DNA from: Oopsacas minuta
Lineage: Eukaryota; Animalia; Porifera
Length of the DNA stretch: 31,453 bases
Direction of reading: 5' to 3'
Assembly: GCA_024704765.1 (NCBI GenBank)
Contig: JAKMXF010000086.1
Span: 1-31,453 of the forward strand
Shown: positions 12,237-23,177 of the stretch, one piece after another
Layout: each line of letters begins with the position of its first letter
Numbering within the stretch: position 1 is the first letter of the stretch
The notes under the pieces: model-generated
Database searches by the model: none
Told to the model about the DNA's origin: nothing
The model's input: the letters and a program-made list of their open reading frames with translations, nothing else
Made by a program: the position numbers and the translations under genes

Positions 12237-13793
12237 GTGTACCTCCATATATGTGGCCCTGATGACCCTTCGTTTATCGCAAGCCATAAAGAATTGGACA
12301 ATACAAATATGCTCAGTGTTTTAGCCACTTTTACACCGTTTTCTGATCACAATCAGAGTCCTAGAAATATGTATCAATGTCAGATGAGCAAACAGACTAT
12401 GGGTACACCTTGTCATGCCTTTGATACCTGTTCTGATAATCGAATTTATCGTATATTTTCACCTCAATCTCCAGTTATCAGACCTTCATCATATTTTCAA
12501 CATAGTATGGATGATTATGCCCAGGGTTTGAATTCAGTTGTTGCTGTCATTTCATATACTGGATATGATATGGAAGATGCAATGATAATTAACAAGTGTT
12601 CAATAGAAAGAGGATTTGGGCATGGTTGTGTTTATAAAAACTACAAAATCGATTTAACAGCTGCTCAGAGGAGAACATCTGACCGATCCCATTTGCAATT
12701 TGGCACAGTTGGTGGAGTATCCTCAGAGGTCTCGCGATTCTTAGATCCAGATGGCTTACCTATTATAGGTTCGTTGTTAATGAAAGGTATGCCATTCTAT
12801 GCATATTACGATATATTTTCTCTTAAACAAGTAGTTCAATTTTATCAACATGAAGAAGGTTGGGTTGAGAAGGTTTCTTTAATGGGCCCTACCAAAAGAG
12901 TCTTTTCAATCCAAGCAGGATTTCAAAATGTTTGTATTAAAGTGAGAATTTCTAGAAACGTAACTATTGGTGATAAATTCGCAAATAGGCATGGACAGAA
13001 GGGAATATGTAGTAAACTTTGGCCGACAGAAAACATGCCATTTACGGAAACTGGAATTACTCCTGATATTCTTTTCAATCCTCATGGATTTCCATCTAGG
13101 ATGACCATAGGGATGACTATTGAGCTATTGGCCGGGAAAGCTGCTTGTATTAATGGATGCAAGTATGACTCGACAGCATTTCGATTTTCCAGTCAAACGC
13201 CAGCACACCTATCCTTCTCAGAGGAACTTTTTAGAGCAGGGTATAATTATTTTGGCACTGAGAGAATGTACAGTGGTTTGTCTGGTTATGAATTTGAATC
13301 TGATATATTTCTTGGGCCTATATATTACCAAAGGTTAAGGCACATGGTATCTGATAAATTTCAAGTTCGTACTACTGGTTCTGTTAACCCTGTTACCCAT
13401 CAACCTGTACAGGGTAGAAAACGCGCTGGTGGTATGAGATTTGGTGAAATGGAGCGCGATTGTTTGCTCTCACATGGGGCTTCGTTTTTATTGAAGGATA
13501 GATTGCTTAATTGTTCAGATAAAGCATACTTTTATGTGTGTTTACAATGTGGTAATCTAATATCTTCAATGTATAATCATCTCCGGATTTACTTTGAGGA
13601 TTCTCCAATCTATACCTATCATCTCCTGCACATTGACCTGGATAACTATTCGTCAAATTATAAATACGATTGGTTATGCAATGTATGTGGAGAATTCGGA
13701 TATTCTAAACTAGTAGTATTACCTTTTGTTTTTAGGCTACTTATTTTCGAAATGGCTTCTATGAGAATTAAATTATCTCTAAAGGTTAATTAG
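12237..13793 (+). CDS. POLR1B: DNA-directed RNA polymerase I subunit RPA2 (second-largest subunit), terminal coding exon, about 518 aa, 5'-partial
   Basis: Motifs PFSDHNQSPRNMYQCQM.KQTMG, VAVISYTGYDMEDAMIINK, GDKFAxRHGQKG, PDILFNPHGFPSRMTIGM, GPIYYQRLRHMVSDKFQVRTTG, GG.RFGEMERD and a C-terminal CxxC...CxxC. SDHNQSPRNMYQCQM and GYDMEDAM match the Pol I paralogue better than Pol II or III. A polypyrimidine tract plus AG (12235-12236) sits exactly at the ORF start, so the GTG start is a phase-0 exon boundary rather than an initiator. Confidence 0.96.
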   Translation: MYLHICGPDDPSFIASHKELDNTNMLSVLATFTPFSDHNQSPRNMYQCQMSKQTMGTPCHAFDTCSDNRIYRIFSPQSPVIRPSSYFQHSMDDYAQGLNSVVAVISYTGYDMEDAMIINKCSIERGFGHGCVYKNYKIDLTAAQRRTSDRSHLQFGTVGGVSSEVSRFLDPDGLPIIGSLLMKGMPFYAYYDIFSLKQVVQFYQHEEGWVEKVSLMGPTKRVFSIQAGFQNVCIKVRISRNVTIGDKFANRHGQKGICSKLWPTENMPFTETGITPDILFNPHGFPSRMTIGMTIELLAGKAACINGCKYDSTAFRFSSQTPAHLSFSEELFRAGYNYFGTERMYSGLSGYEFESDIFLGPIYYQRLRHMVSDKFQVRTTGSVNPVTHQPVQGRKRAGGMRFGEMERDCLLSHGASFLLKDRLLNCSDKAYFYVCLQCGNLISSMYNHLRIYFEDSPIYTYHLLHIDLDNYSSNYKYDWLCNVCGEFGYSKLVVLPFVFRLLIFEMASMRIKLSLKVN

Positions 13794-15053
13794 CTAAATT
13801 TTCGAGAACTATCTGGACGATTAAGTATGTTTTTTTAATTTTACATAGATTACTTGGAATATTTGGAATTGTACAAGTATACAGTACAGTTCACCTCTAT
13901 AAGTCGGGTCTCTATTATTGGTGAACCTCCATATGCTGTGCAATTTGGTCCATCCTCACTCATCACCATATATACAAACTTATATAAGCGGGGAGTATTG
14001 AATTGGGCATACTTTAATGCTAACTGGGCCTCACATCATTAACTTTTACCTTGATAAGTGTGGAATTCTATAATAAATCTTATTGATACTCTGTTATTGT
14101 GCCAAATTACTAGAAAACATTTATCGCTATGATGAATTGAAATCTTTGGGTTCTATGATGATAATATCTAATACAGTTGTATTTCAACAAATAACCTTAG
14201 GTTATATTATCATACTTATATATCTTTGAAAAGTCATTTGGGTTATCCAAAGATTCTCCGTCCTCAACTCCCTAATAATAGATATTCTACTTTATGTGGA
14301 AATTACGTCATAAATTTACCACAATGTAGATTACAAATGTCAACTGTATTCAACCTTTCTTTACATCAATACCAGAAAATCTATTTACCAAAATAATTTT
14401 ATCTTTATTCCGTATCAGAATTCCTTTTCTCTTCATCATGTTATAATCTTATCATGTAAACTCTTGTGGAAGTAATTAAAGTAAACTTCGGATTTAATGG
14501 CATTCATTTGGGCAAGCGAACAAGGTTGTTATCTACTACATATGATCGTGATTGATGAGAGCAGAGTTGGCAAACGGAGGCGACAAGTATTGAGTTATAT
14601 ATATAGTACACTTTAGATGTACATACAGCGTTTTATGCATTTCTATGCACTACATTATACTACATATCACCTGTTTGTCATATGTATGGTTAACTGTTTG
14701 CAAGAGGATTCCATCATATTAAAATGAATGTATTTTGAGTCCATCAAAGTATATATAGACATTCGGAGCAACTTCGGACTTAGCGACACATCTTAGGTTT
14801 AGAGAATATTGGATATTACATTGTACAAAATGACTATATTTAAATGCGTTTCCATTTTGGTTAGAGGACATCGGTATGATTCAAAACAAGGGAAGTTTAA
14901 TGGTGTACAATATATGATTAGATCAATCCAAATCCAATTGTTCACAAATGAAACTAGTTGATAAGCGTTTCTGCATTACAAATGAAACCATTCCTACATT
15001 ATCCGTAATATCCGAAGTGAATTGGATGCATCAGGTTTGGAAAAGTGTTGATA

Positions 15054-15299
15054 CAGTTCGTGGGCAAAAGTATTCGACCACTTACCGTATTTAACCCTAA
15101 ATATATCAAACTAAATTCTAATTACTCTAATGTTTAAAATGGCTATTAGTTGTAAAGTAGAGAATAAGCGTGAACAAGATTAATTTATGTAGATTGACAG
15201 ATATCAATGTATAAGAATATCTTAGTTGCATGGGAGAATACGAATATAACAAAATATTTTGCTATCCTGAAATGGTGGAATACTTTTGTCCTTTAACTG
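15054..15299. mobile_element. 246-bp Tc1-type MITE
   Basis: 27-bp TIRs CAGTTCGTGGGCAAAAGTATTCGACCA and (reverse complement) CAGTTAAAGGACAAAAGTATTCCACCA, 22/27 identical. TA flanks both sides (15052-53 and 15300-01). No coding capacity. Confidence 0.85.
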
Positions 15300-15757
15300 T
15301 ATATTCGAAGTGGCATAATATGGCATGTCGTTATACCGAAATATTGTGAGTATAAACTACTCCTGTGGAGTTCTGGGCTAAAGAAACCCGATGTCGATAA
15401 ATTCGAAGTTTACTGTGGCAACAACTTGAAAGTGATTTTGAACAAGAGTGTATTTTTATCACATATTAATCGGATTCAGCTTTATTAGCTGAAAATGATG
15501 ATTATGCTAGGGAAAAGGAAATACGCATAGTATTAGAACCAATAGGCACAAAATTAATATTGTTGATTGGGAATTTCCAGTTTTAGCTATACAAAGTGTT
15601 TTTCAGTGGCAAAGCCACCCCAGGAGGGTCGGAGGGTGTCCAGCCTCTTGGCATAGAAATTATTTTATTCCTATATTGTGTCCCTAAATGTATATTCATA
15701 AATTCTTCTTTTTATGAATTCCCTGTTTCATTATTAGTCCAGAATATAGACCTGTTG

Positions 15758-15993
15758 CGTAGGATTTTGACTCGCAATACAAAATCCCAATAGCATATTT
15801 ATGGTGCGGGTCAAAATCCAACGATGTAGTATATGCGTAGGATTTTGACCCGCATCAAAATGTATTTTTGTCGTAGGATTTTGACCCGCATCAAAATGTA
15901 TTTTTGTCGTAGGATTTTGACCCGCATATAATGCATTATTGTCGTACGATTCTAACCCACATATATTATATTATTCTCGTAGGATTTTGACTC
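15758..15993. repeat. Subterminal ~36-bp tandem repeats built on the TIR core CGTAGGATTTTGACCCGCA
   Basis: Direct copies start at 15758 (within the TIR), 15836, 15872, 15908, 15943 (degenerate) and 15978. One inverted copy lies at 15805-15823. Units 15836-15871 and 15872-15907 are identical. Confidence 0.92.
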
Positions 15994-17199
15994 TAAAGTA
16001 ATCTTACTTCTCTGTCATTGACTTTTCGAATTCCATACACTTTCATTACGTAATTACCACTAAATGTGCGTAATGTAATTCAACTTTAGACTAGCTATAC
16101 GTATACGTAACTGAATAAGCAAGTCAATTTAGAGCTGGATTCTACAAAGTAGTGAATTTGTTTGATAACATGTAAACTATGTTCCCACTACGTATAACAA
16201 TTTACACCATGTTTAATTATCCAAAATACCAACAATAGACAGTATATATATATATTTTATATTAATATACTTGGACAGAAGGTGGTAGGTATTTGATAAT
16301 TGTATTCAATAACTCATAATAAATAATATAATTTAACATATCAATTTATATATTGCAATATATTCTATCAAATAACATTAATTTTGCAAGCATTAGCATG
16401 ATAATGAATATTCGGAATATCTTAAGTACGAATTATAGGCGGTTTCATCTTTGCCCATTTCGCTATACTTCCTAACAAGCTTTAAGGAATGACTACTGAA
16501 ATATGTTCATCTATTGCACAAGCGTAGATTATGCATTTGTTACGGAGGTCTTGGTATAATGTTGATACACATATAGAGTTGAAGTGAAAACTGCGAACCT
16601 CTGGCACGCTGCATACTCCTGGATAACACTAGATTTCTATAAACAAAACAAGTCAGGTGCGGTGTCCTCCTCCTTCCCCTTACAGCCACCCCCTAACGCT
16701 AAATGTTTAACGTTAACTTCACCTTGTTTATGTGTGCAGTGTAGGAGCGAGCTTGATGTGATTGCGATCACACCAAATTCGATTCTAAGCTGCAACATAA
16801 ACGAATAAGTACAATAAATCGTAATTTAACAGACACGCGGTGAGCTAACGGACCCGGAACGGCCACAGACAAGGAGATATTAAAAATAAAAAATAGACAA
16901 GAAACTTGCTTGTATCTGATTCCATGCTGTATTTCGTCTCGGCGTAGAGTCGTCAATTGCGCTGCCTTTCTCGCAATATACTTAGATGGTAGAGTGATGA
17001 TATTCGTCACTGGGGATGTGCTGTTGCAGGTCGCGTTTCCATTATCTGGGCTCACCATGATAGGGATTGCGTTGCCTCGATAACCTCGGGCAGAGGTCCC
17101 CACAAGGTTCGATGTACCTTGCCTTTGAGCGCTTTCGAATGATGGAAAAGAGTCGTGAATCGTTAAGAATTAGGCAAAAGAGTGCAAGAGGTAGAATAC

Positions 17200-17960
17200 A
17201 ATATTGAGTGATGAAAGTGTCAAAGTCCCAAAATTGGATAATTGGTTTTCTCATTCCGTCATATTTATAGAATTGCCCGTTTTGGTAAAGGATTGGATAG
17301 AAGTGTCTACTACTCAATATACTAAATCCAGCAAGTTGGTAGTGAAGTGTCCGTTGGTTGTGACTGATGGTAGAAAGTTCGCCAATATACTTGCAAAAAT
17401 GTCTGGCAAATCGGGTAGACGTCCAATTTCTATTGTTAGCATGACAGGTATTGACTTGAATTGACCAGATATCCTCTCTAAGACAGCAGTAGTTGATCCA
17501 CAAGACTTGCATTTAATATGAACGAGACTTCGATTAACAGATGATTCCAGGTTTGTAATAACGCCTCCTATATTACTAATCATGAATTGTGTCTCAAAGG
17601 TATTGGTGCATTCGTGGCATTGGAAGAGAGTGAAATATTTGTGGTGACCCAAATCTTCTGTTCGTAAATATTTGATGATGTTACCCTCTGATCCAAAGAA
17701 ATCGTAAGACCGTATCAATCCTGAGGAATCATAAATAACTTCAAGCCCAATTTTAGTAGTAACATATCCTCGAAGTGTCTCAAATTTACAATTAGCAGCC
17801 AATTCGAATATGTATTGGAATTCAGCTTCAACATGTGTATTTCCGAATAACTTCAGTGAGTCTATGATGGTTGCTTTATTCGAAGTAAGAATAGCCAATA
17901 TATTGTCGATAGAACAGGTGTTAGATTGCACGATGTTGTTATACTCTCCTCCCCATTTAG
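17200..17960 (-). other. Putative USP/UCH-like (peptidase C19) cysteine protease domain in the last exon of the Ginger transposase
   Basis: Cys box QSNTCSIDNILAIL (Cys codon 17914-17916). Two CxxC motifs (FQCHEC, KCKSC), then IPVMLTIEI (LPxxLxI-like). After one frameshift, a His box HYQLAGFSILSSRHF (His 17303-17305) and FYKYDG (Asp 17258-17260). This is a motif-level call only. Confidence 0.62.
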
Positions 17961-20803
17961 GATATGGGATAAGATCTGATGCATTTTGTATGGATTGTTC
18001 TGGTATTTCAATGATCTCATGAACTTGCTCAGTTGGGAATATTAACTCAATTATTGCTGGTAATAGAACAGTAATTGGATGGTCAAGATCTCTTTGTGTC
18101 TCTTCAAGTATTTCAGTAGGATAGGAGGAACGATATTCTGCGTACCAATTACCGGCTGATACAGTAAGTTTCTCCTTAATCTCAAAATTTAGTTCCTTGG
18201 GTGGATGGTAAGAATATAGTAAATTCAATGAAGTTAGAGATGCAGCTTTTGTAGCGAGTCTCTCATGTAGTTGGGTTAAGTAAGTGTTATTGACAAGGGC
18301 TGATAGTATTCGAGGTTTCAATTGAAGTAGCTCAGGGTCGATATTTTCATAGATTGAGCGTTGTTACAGTGTTTCAAATGTTTCTTCCATTGTATCCAGG
18401 TCCAATATATCATCCAATGAATCTAAATACATAATAAGTATGTGAAATGTAGGATTGCTATTACGTATTAATCGAATCAATACAGAACACAACTAGTTTT
18501 ATATGTACGTAATCATGGGCTGAGTCAATTAGTTATAGTTCAGTACAATATTGTCTCGCTAATATATTTACCGCTAGGAGGGAATGTGCGAGATCTTTTG
18601 GATTTCTTTGATTTGCCTGTCTTCGTTCGAACCTGCCTTTTTTCGTTCATGCGAGAATGATATTTTCGTCATAGATTGATGGGTAATTGTTGTTGTTTTG
18701 CTATCTGGGTCTTTGCGAGCAACTAGGTGGCTTGGTTTAACTTTCTCTATCGTATATGGTCCCAAATATTTCCTTACATCTTTTGTTCCTGGGAGTCGCT
18801 TGGCTTTCTTTATATTATGTACAAGTACTTCATCTCCTTCCACAAATTCTGATCTAAAGTTAAAACAATGATTATACAAGGATTTATAATCTGCCAATTC
18901 CGTACAGTTTGTAATGATGTTATTTTTATAACTAAAAGTAAGTGTTTTCGAATTTAAGAATTCATATATTTGAGGAAACAAGAAATTAGTTCCGATTCAA
19001 GACTATTTCATATTTACCTGATTATACAACAATCAGTAAATTTAATGTAATTTAGTAAGAATGATGTATGAAATTCCAACAAGTTACATCACAACAAGAA
19101 TGTGTTTCGTTATTGCTTACCTGTTGTGTTTGACTTTGCTGTCATAAGTTTTCTTTTGAATTTTCTGACCAGCCTTGATGTTTTCAATGGCAGTCATCCT
19201 GTCAGCTTTACGTGTTGGGGAAAGATTTTCTATGCATTCGTTATCAATTATAGGAAAGTCAAATGGGCGTGGTTAGTTTGCATCCATTTGAATATTCTAA
19301 TCTTTTGATACTTCTACCTCTGAGATATCAGCTTCGGTTAGTAATCCGGGGAAAGTTGGAGAAGTGATAAGATTGAGAAGGTTAGATGAATCAAATTCTC
19401 TCCCCAACATGAGATAAAAGGGTGTGTAGCTTGTAGAGATTTTGGTTTGAGTATTTGCTGCTAGTACTGCTGTCTGTAATTTCTCTGTCCATTCAGTGTC
19501 CCCATCAGATTGCATCTTGTTGATCTTCTATTTGTAAAAAGTGTTGAATTGATTCAAAGCTATCTAATGATAAACGATGTGTATTAAACGTATGTAAGGC
19601 TTATAATACATAGATATATATTTATATTTAGCATCAATACTCACGTTTTCAATATTTTGTTGTGTGACTCAACAAGTCCGTTACTTTGTGGGTGGTATGC
19701 TGTGGTTCTTCTGGTGTTGACATTTATCTTCTTGTGAAATTCTTGAAATTCCTATTTCGAAAGTAAATAAGAGAACGATAACAATCTATTACGCGCATGT
19801 ATTTAGTATTGTACAACAATAGTTAGAAAGATACAACGATTATTACGGTAAATTTTCCATCCGAAGGTAGCAGCATCAATTCGCAAATTCTTATTTATAA
19901 GTATTTAACATAAATTAAAATCCAATTTTCCACACGGTTTCTTTAATATGGCCATCAGGACGCACAATTTCCTACCAGGGTATATATTGAAGCAATGCGT
20001 TGACAATTAACAATCCAACATGTTACGTACGTATATCCAATATAGTAAGTTGTATTGTGTATCGGGGATAATTTACTTGGTGTATTTACCAATTACTAAT
20101 CTCGAGGATGTAAAAAATATGAGTTACCTTGCTTGAGAATTCTGTTCCCTGATCATGTTGGAGGATGTTAGGTACGCCAAATGAGTGATAAATTTCATGT
20201 AAACAATCCAATATTTCTTTAGAAGTTTAAGTCTTGAGTGGTCGGGCAATTACAAATTTACTCAGGTAGCACCCGATGACAAGAATGTGCTGAAATCCAA
20301 GTACAGTGCGAGACATATTGCATATGAGATCAATTCCACAATGACACCATGGTTCTTCAAGAGGAGGAATAGGTTGAAGCTCTCGTTGTGGTTGAGGAGG
20401 TAGAGCATCAGAGGTTTGACAGTCATGGCAAGTTCGGATCTAGAACGGGAAATGATTTAATTGTCATTTTGTAGTCCAGTCTAATGTAATTTGCTACGTC
20501 CCAGATGTCCCACTAATTAGCATTTCGTCCCGCTTTTTCTTCACTCAGGTTAGCAAATATGTTTATGTGAAATACTCCCACTACCTATCCCAATTACTAA
20601 CTACCGCAAGGATGATTAGTTGTTAGATACATGGTTGGTTGGTTGTATCGCACAAATAGATTTCCATAAGATAAAATAGTATACCGGTATACGAAATAGC
20701 ATCAGATCGCACAATATTAATTTTATAATCGCACAAATAAAGCTGTATACAGTATAATAATTATAAGGTGAATAACCTCAAACTATAAAATACATGCTGT
20801 TCT

Positions 20804-20885
20804 CAGACTTACCAATCCCTTTTGCAAATTTCCCTGGATTTTCAAAATTTGTAATCCAGGGATCCCTGGAGGGTTGGTAAATCTG
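20804..20885. mobile_element. 82-bp hairpin MITE inside Ginger intron 1
   Basis: Ends CAGACTTACCAATCCCT and (reverse complement) CAGATTTACCAACCCT, flanked by the direct repeat TGTTCT (20798-20803 and 20886-20891). Confidence 0.6.
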
Positions 20886-21234
20886 TGTTCTCAGCCACAT
20901 TTTCTTGGAAAATCATATATGAAAGAAATAACTAATTTAGTAACTCACATAGGATCCAACATCATTGTACATGCCATTCCAATCATTTTTGTTTCGGATT
21001 CCATCAATGGTAGTGTTGATTCCAGGATCAGTAACTTTGTAATACAATCCGATAATGTTGTCAATTTCTGAGACTAGTGGAATCTCCAAGTATTTCACAC
21101 AGCCATTTTTCTTTCTGAAATCTCCAAAAAATTTATTTTAGTCAAACTCAGAGGTTGTACGTAGCATTGAGGGGCAGAGGAGCCCCCTAGCGTTTTCGCC
21201 CTTCTCATCTCCCTATGGTACGCAAATTTAATGG

Positions 21235-23177
21235 GGGGCGCGGCAATTGATCGACTGACAACGTTTGCAATTGATCTAATTTAGAATTGATTTATCCTAA
21301 CTTTGACCAATATTATTGAGAATATAATGATTTAATTAATTAATTGAGAAAAGTTATTGGATGAAAAATGAAAAACAACAGTAAAATATTTGGAGAGAAA
21401 AAATTAAGTAAAAATTTTGAATCTTTGCTCTATATTGTACCTGCATATTGGACATTGTTCCAAGGATGCACTGCATTCCTCACAACATTTTGCATGCCTA
21501 CAAGGAAGAAATAGGACTGTTGTTACTCTCTGAAGTAAGTACACATAACAATTAACCTGAATATCATCTTCAGGCTCTTCATCCGACAATGACTCATCTG
21601 GGCAATCTCCAAGCAGGTTTATTGGGTTTGTATCCGGGTGGATAGAGCTAGCTATTGCATCCACATATTGAGTTGGACTATATTCTCCCGACACAAGCTT
21701 TTCTTTGCATTGAGCACGAAACGAATCATTTTGGATGTCCTTCAACTTACGACTCCTGAGTAATGTTAATACCTTTTGCTAGCCGCTGAATATCTAAATC
21801 TGTATCCTGTATCGTCTTATTGAGGATTTCAACAAAAACCATACACGCGGGTGAGAGACCACGATGTCCTTTTTTAGTCTACAGTGGTAGTTCTCTGCTC
21901 CATTATTTGTGACATGTTGGCAGTTAAAAATAGATAATTCGTTCCTAGGTATAGAAATAATCCATTGACGTCTTAAATACTTCTTAACAATTGTATATTG
22001 ATTCATATGAACTTCACTAAGAGGCAAATCTCTCACTTCCAGTTGATTGAATACATATAATCTGATCTTCAGGAAGGAAAGGAAGAGTCATAAATGATCT
22101 AACAAGTTTTTTAAAATCTGCATTATTGTGATAAACAGTTGACCGACCTAACTTTTGTATTTTCCGCCAAATACATTGAGTATAGTGAAAATGACATCCT
22201 CGTTGATGAATACCTTGGAACTCTCTCTTTACAGCATTTCTAGCCCCCTTCTCCCAATCAGACATTCCATGGATAGGTTTTAGTTGCGGAACAAGTTCGT
22301 GTATTCTAGCTAGAACAGCTGTATAGATTTCTTCATGCTTGGATGTAAGAAGACAATAGATAACCGGCAGTACATTGCGTCCAAAGCGGGCGAAAATAGT
22401 CCACAATTGATAGAACTGGGATGGTGCTGTATAAAATGTACCAGCAAAATAAATGTGATCCACTTCAGAGAGAGAAATCTTTATCTTATCTGAGAAAAAT
22501 ATCACACCAGTTTCACAACCTACTTGTACTTCATCTTTGTAGTTTATACCAAAATCAGATGATAGAATAAGTTGACAAAATTCAGTAGCACCTTTAGGAA
22601 TAGGTGGTTCAATTTCTCTTCTTGCTCGATACATTGCACTCTCTAAAGTTTTGTATGACACACCAATTGCAGAAGGATCATCACGAACAACATCTTTGAA
22701 CGCTTTAGATAAGCTTTCACGTGAAGATCTCGACGCAGAACACATTTAGACTTAGAACTAAAACTTCAGTGTAATCAGAAACTAGATGGTTATGGTGTTT
22801 TAAAGGATCAATAGTATTGGATTCGGAGTTTAACTTTGCAGATCCTTTATACTTTACTTTCTGATGTAAAACACATCGGAGATAGATTGCCCCAGATCTG
22901 GCTTTGTGTTGAGTGTATTTAAAACCATCTGGAGTAGTGAAAATTGTTCCCCTTTTATGTTTATAATTTCCGCCTACGTAGTCCATGTTAAGAATGATAA
23001 TAAAGTTAGAGATAGGTACGTATTCGAATAAGCAATTGGTGAAATGTACACTTATTTATACAATGAAACGTTCCTGAGTATACATTTTACAGTTTCATTT
23101 GTTTGGTTTGCAATTCATCGACAATTGTATTTCGATCAATTGCAGACCTTAGAAAGTCGATCAATTACAGGCGCTTC
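21235..23177 (-). mobile_element. Mutator-like element (Phantom-like FLYWCH-MULE) nested in Ginger intron 1
   Basis: Imperfect ~45-bp TIRs GGGGCGCGGCAATTGATCGACTGACAACGTTTGCAATTGATC and (reverse complement) GAAGCGCCTGTAATTGATCGACTTTCTAAGGTCTGCAATTGATC. TSD ATTTAATG[G/A] at 21226-21234 and 23178-23186 (8 bp exact, 9 bp with one mismatch). Confidence 0.88.
21404..22986 (-). pseudogene. FLYWCH-MULE-RING transposase pseudogene (one ancestral ORF broken by frameshifts)
   Basis: 22986-22717: DGFKYTQH...IYLRC...HNH (FLYWCH-like). 22745-22017: YFAGTFYTAPSQFYQLWTI (D1 mutated to A), MSDWEKG, GCHFHYTQCIWRK. 22036-21794: TNNGAENYH...HPRVW. Frameshifted linker ILNKTIQDTDLDIQRLAKG. 21745-21404: SGEYSPTQY, an acidic linker, then CYVY...LPCRHAKCCEEC...CPICR (RING). 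Confidence 0.9.

Noticed and set aside
12237-13793. Naturally split (archaeal B'/B''-like) polymerase subunit starting at GTG
   Set aside because: A strong polypyrimidine-AG acceptor coincides exactly with the ORF start, so a spliced terminal exon is the simpler explanation.
15836-15993. CRISPR-like repeat-spacer array
   Set aside because: The intervening sequences are short and near-identical to each other, there are no cas genes, the context is eukaryotic, and the repeat core is the transposon's own TIR.
16977-17030. U1 snRNA-like words (ATACTTA, GGATGTGCTG)
   Set aside because: The 5' splice-site-pairing sequence ACCTG is absent and the spacing between the words is far too short for U1.
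13120-18022. Short ORFs 13120-13338, 17204-17464 and 17810-18022, and similarly 611-811, 772-963, 1054-1266 and 1445-1654
   Set aside because: They are alternate-frame or antisense shadows of real coding regions and have no motifs of their own.
20418-20460. Extra intron acceptor (TTCCCGTTCTAG) before IRTCHDCQ
   Set aside because: There is no matching donor. The reading NDIKSF-IRTC is restored by treating CCCGTTCTAG as a 10-bp insertion, so it is a decay lesion.
18572-20570. Gypsy LTR-retrotransposon integrase remnant
   Set aside because: There is no gag, protease, RT, RNase H or LTR. The gene has spliceosomal introns, its own N-terminal exon, and TIRs with a 4-bp TSD, which fits Ginger.
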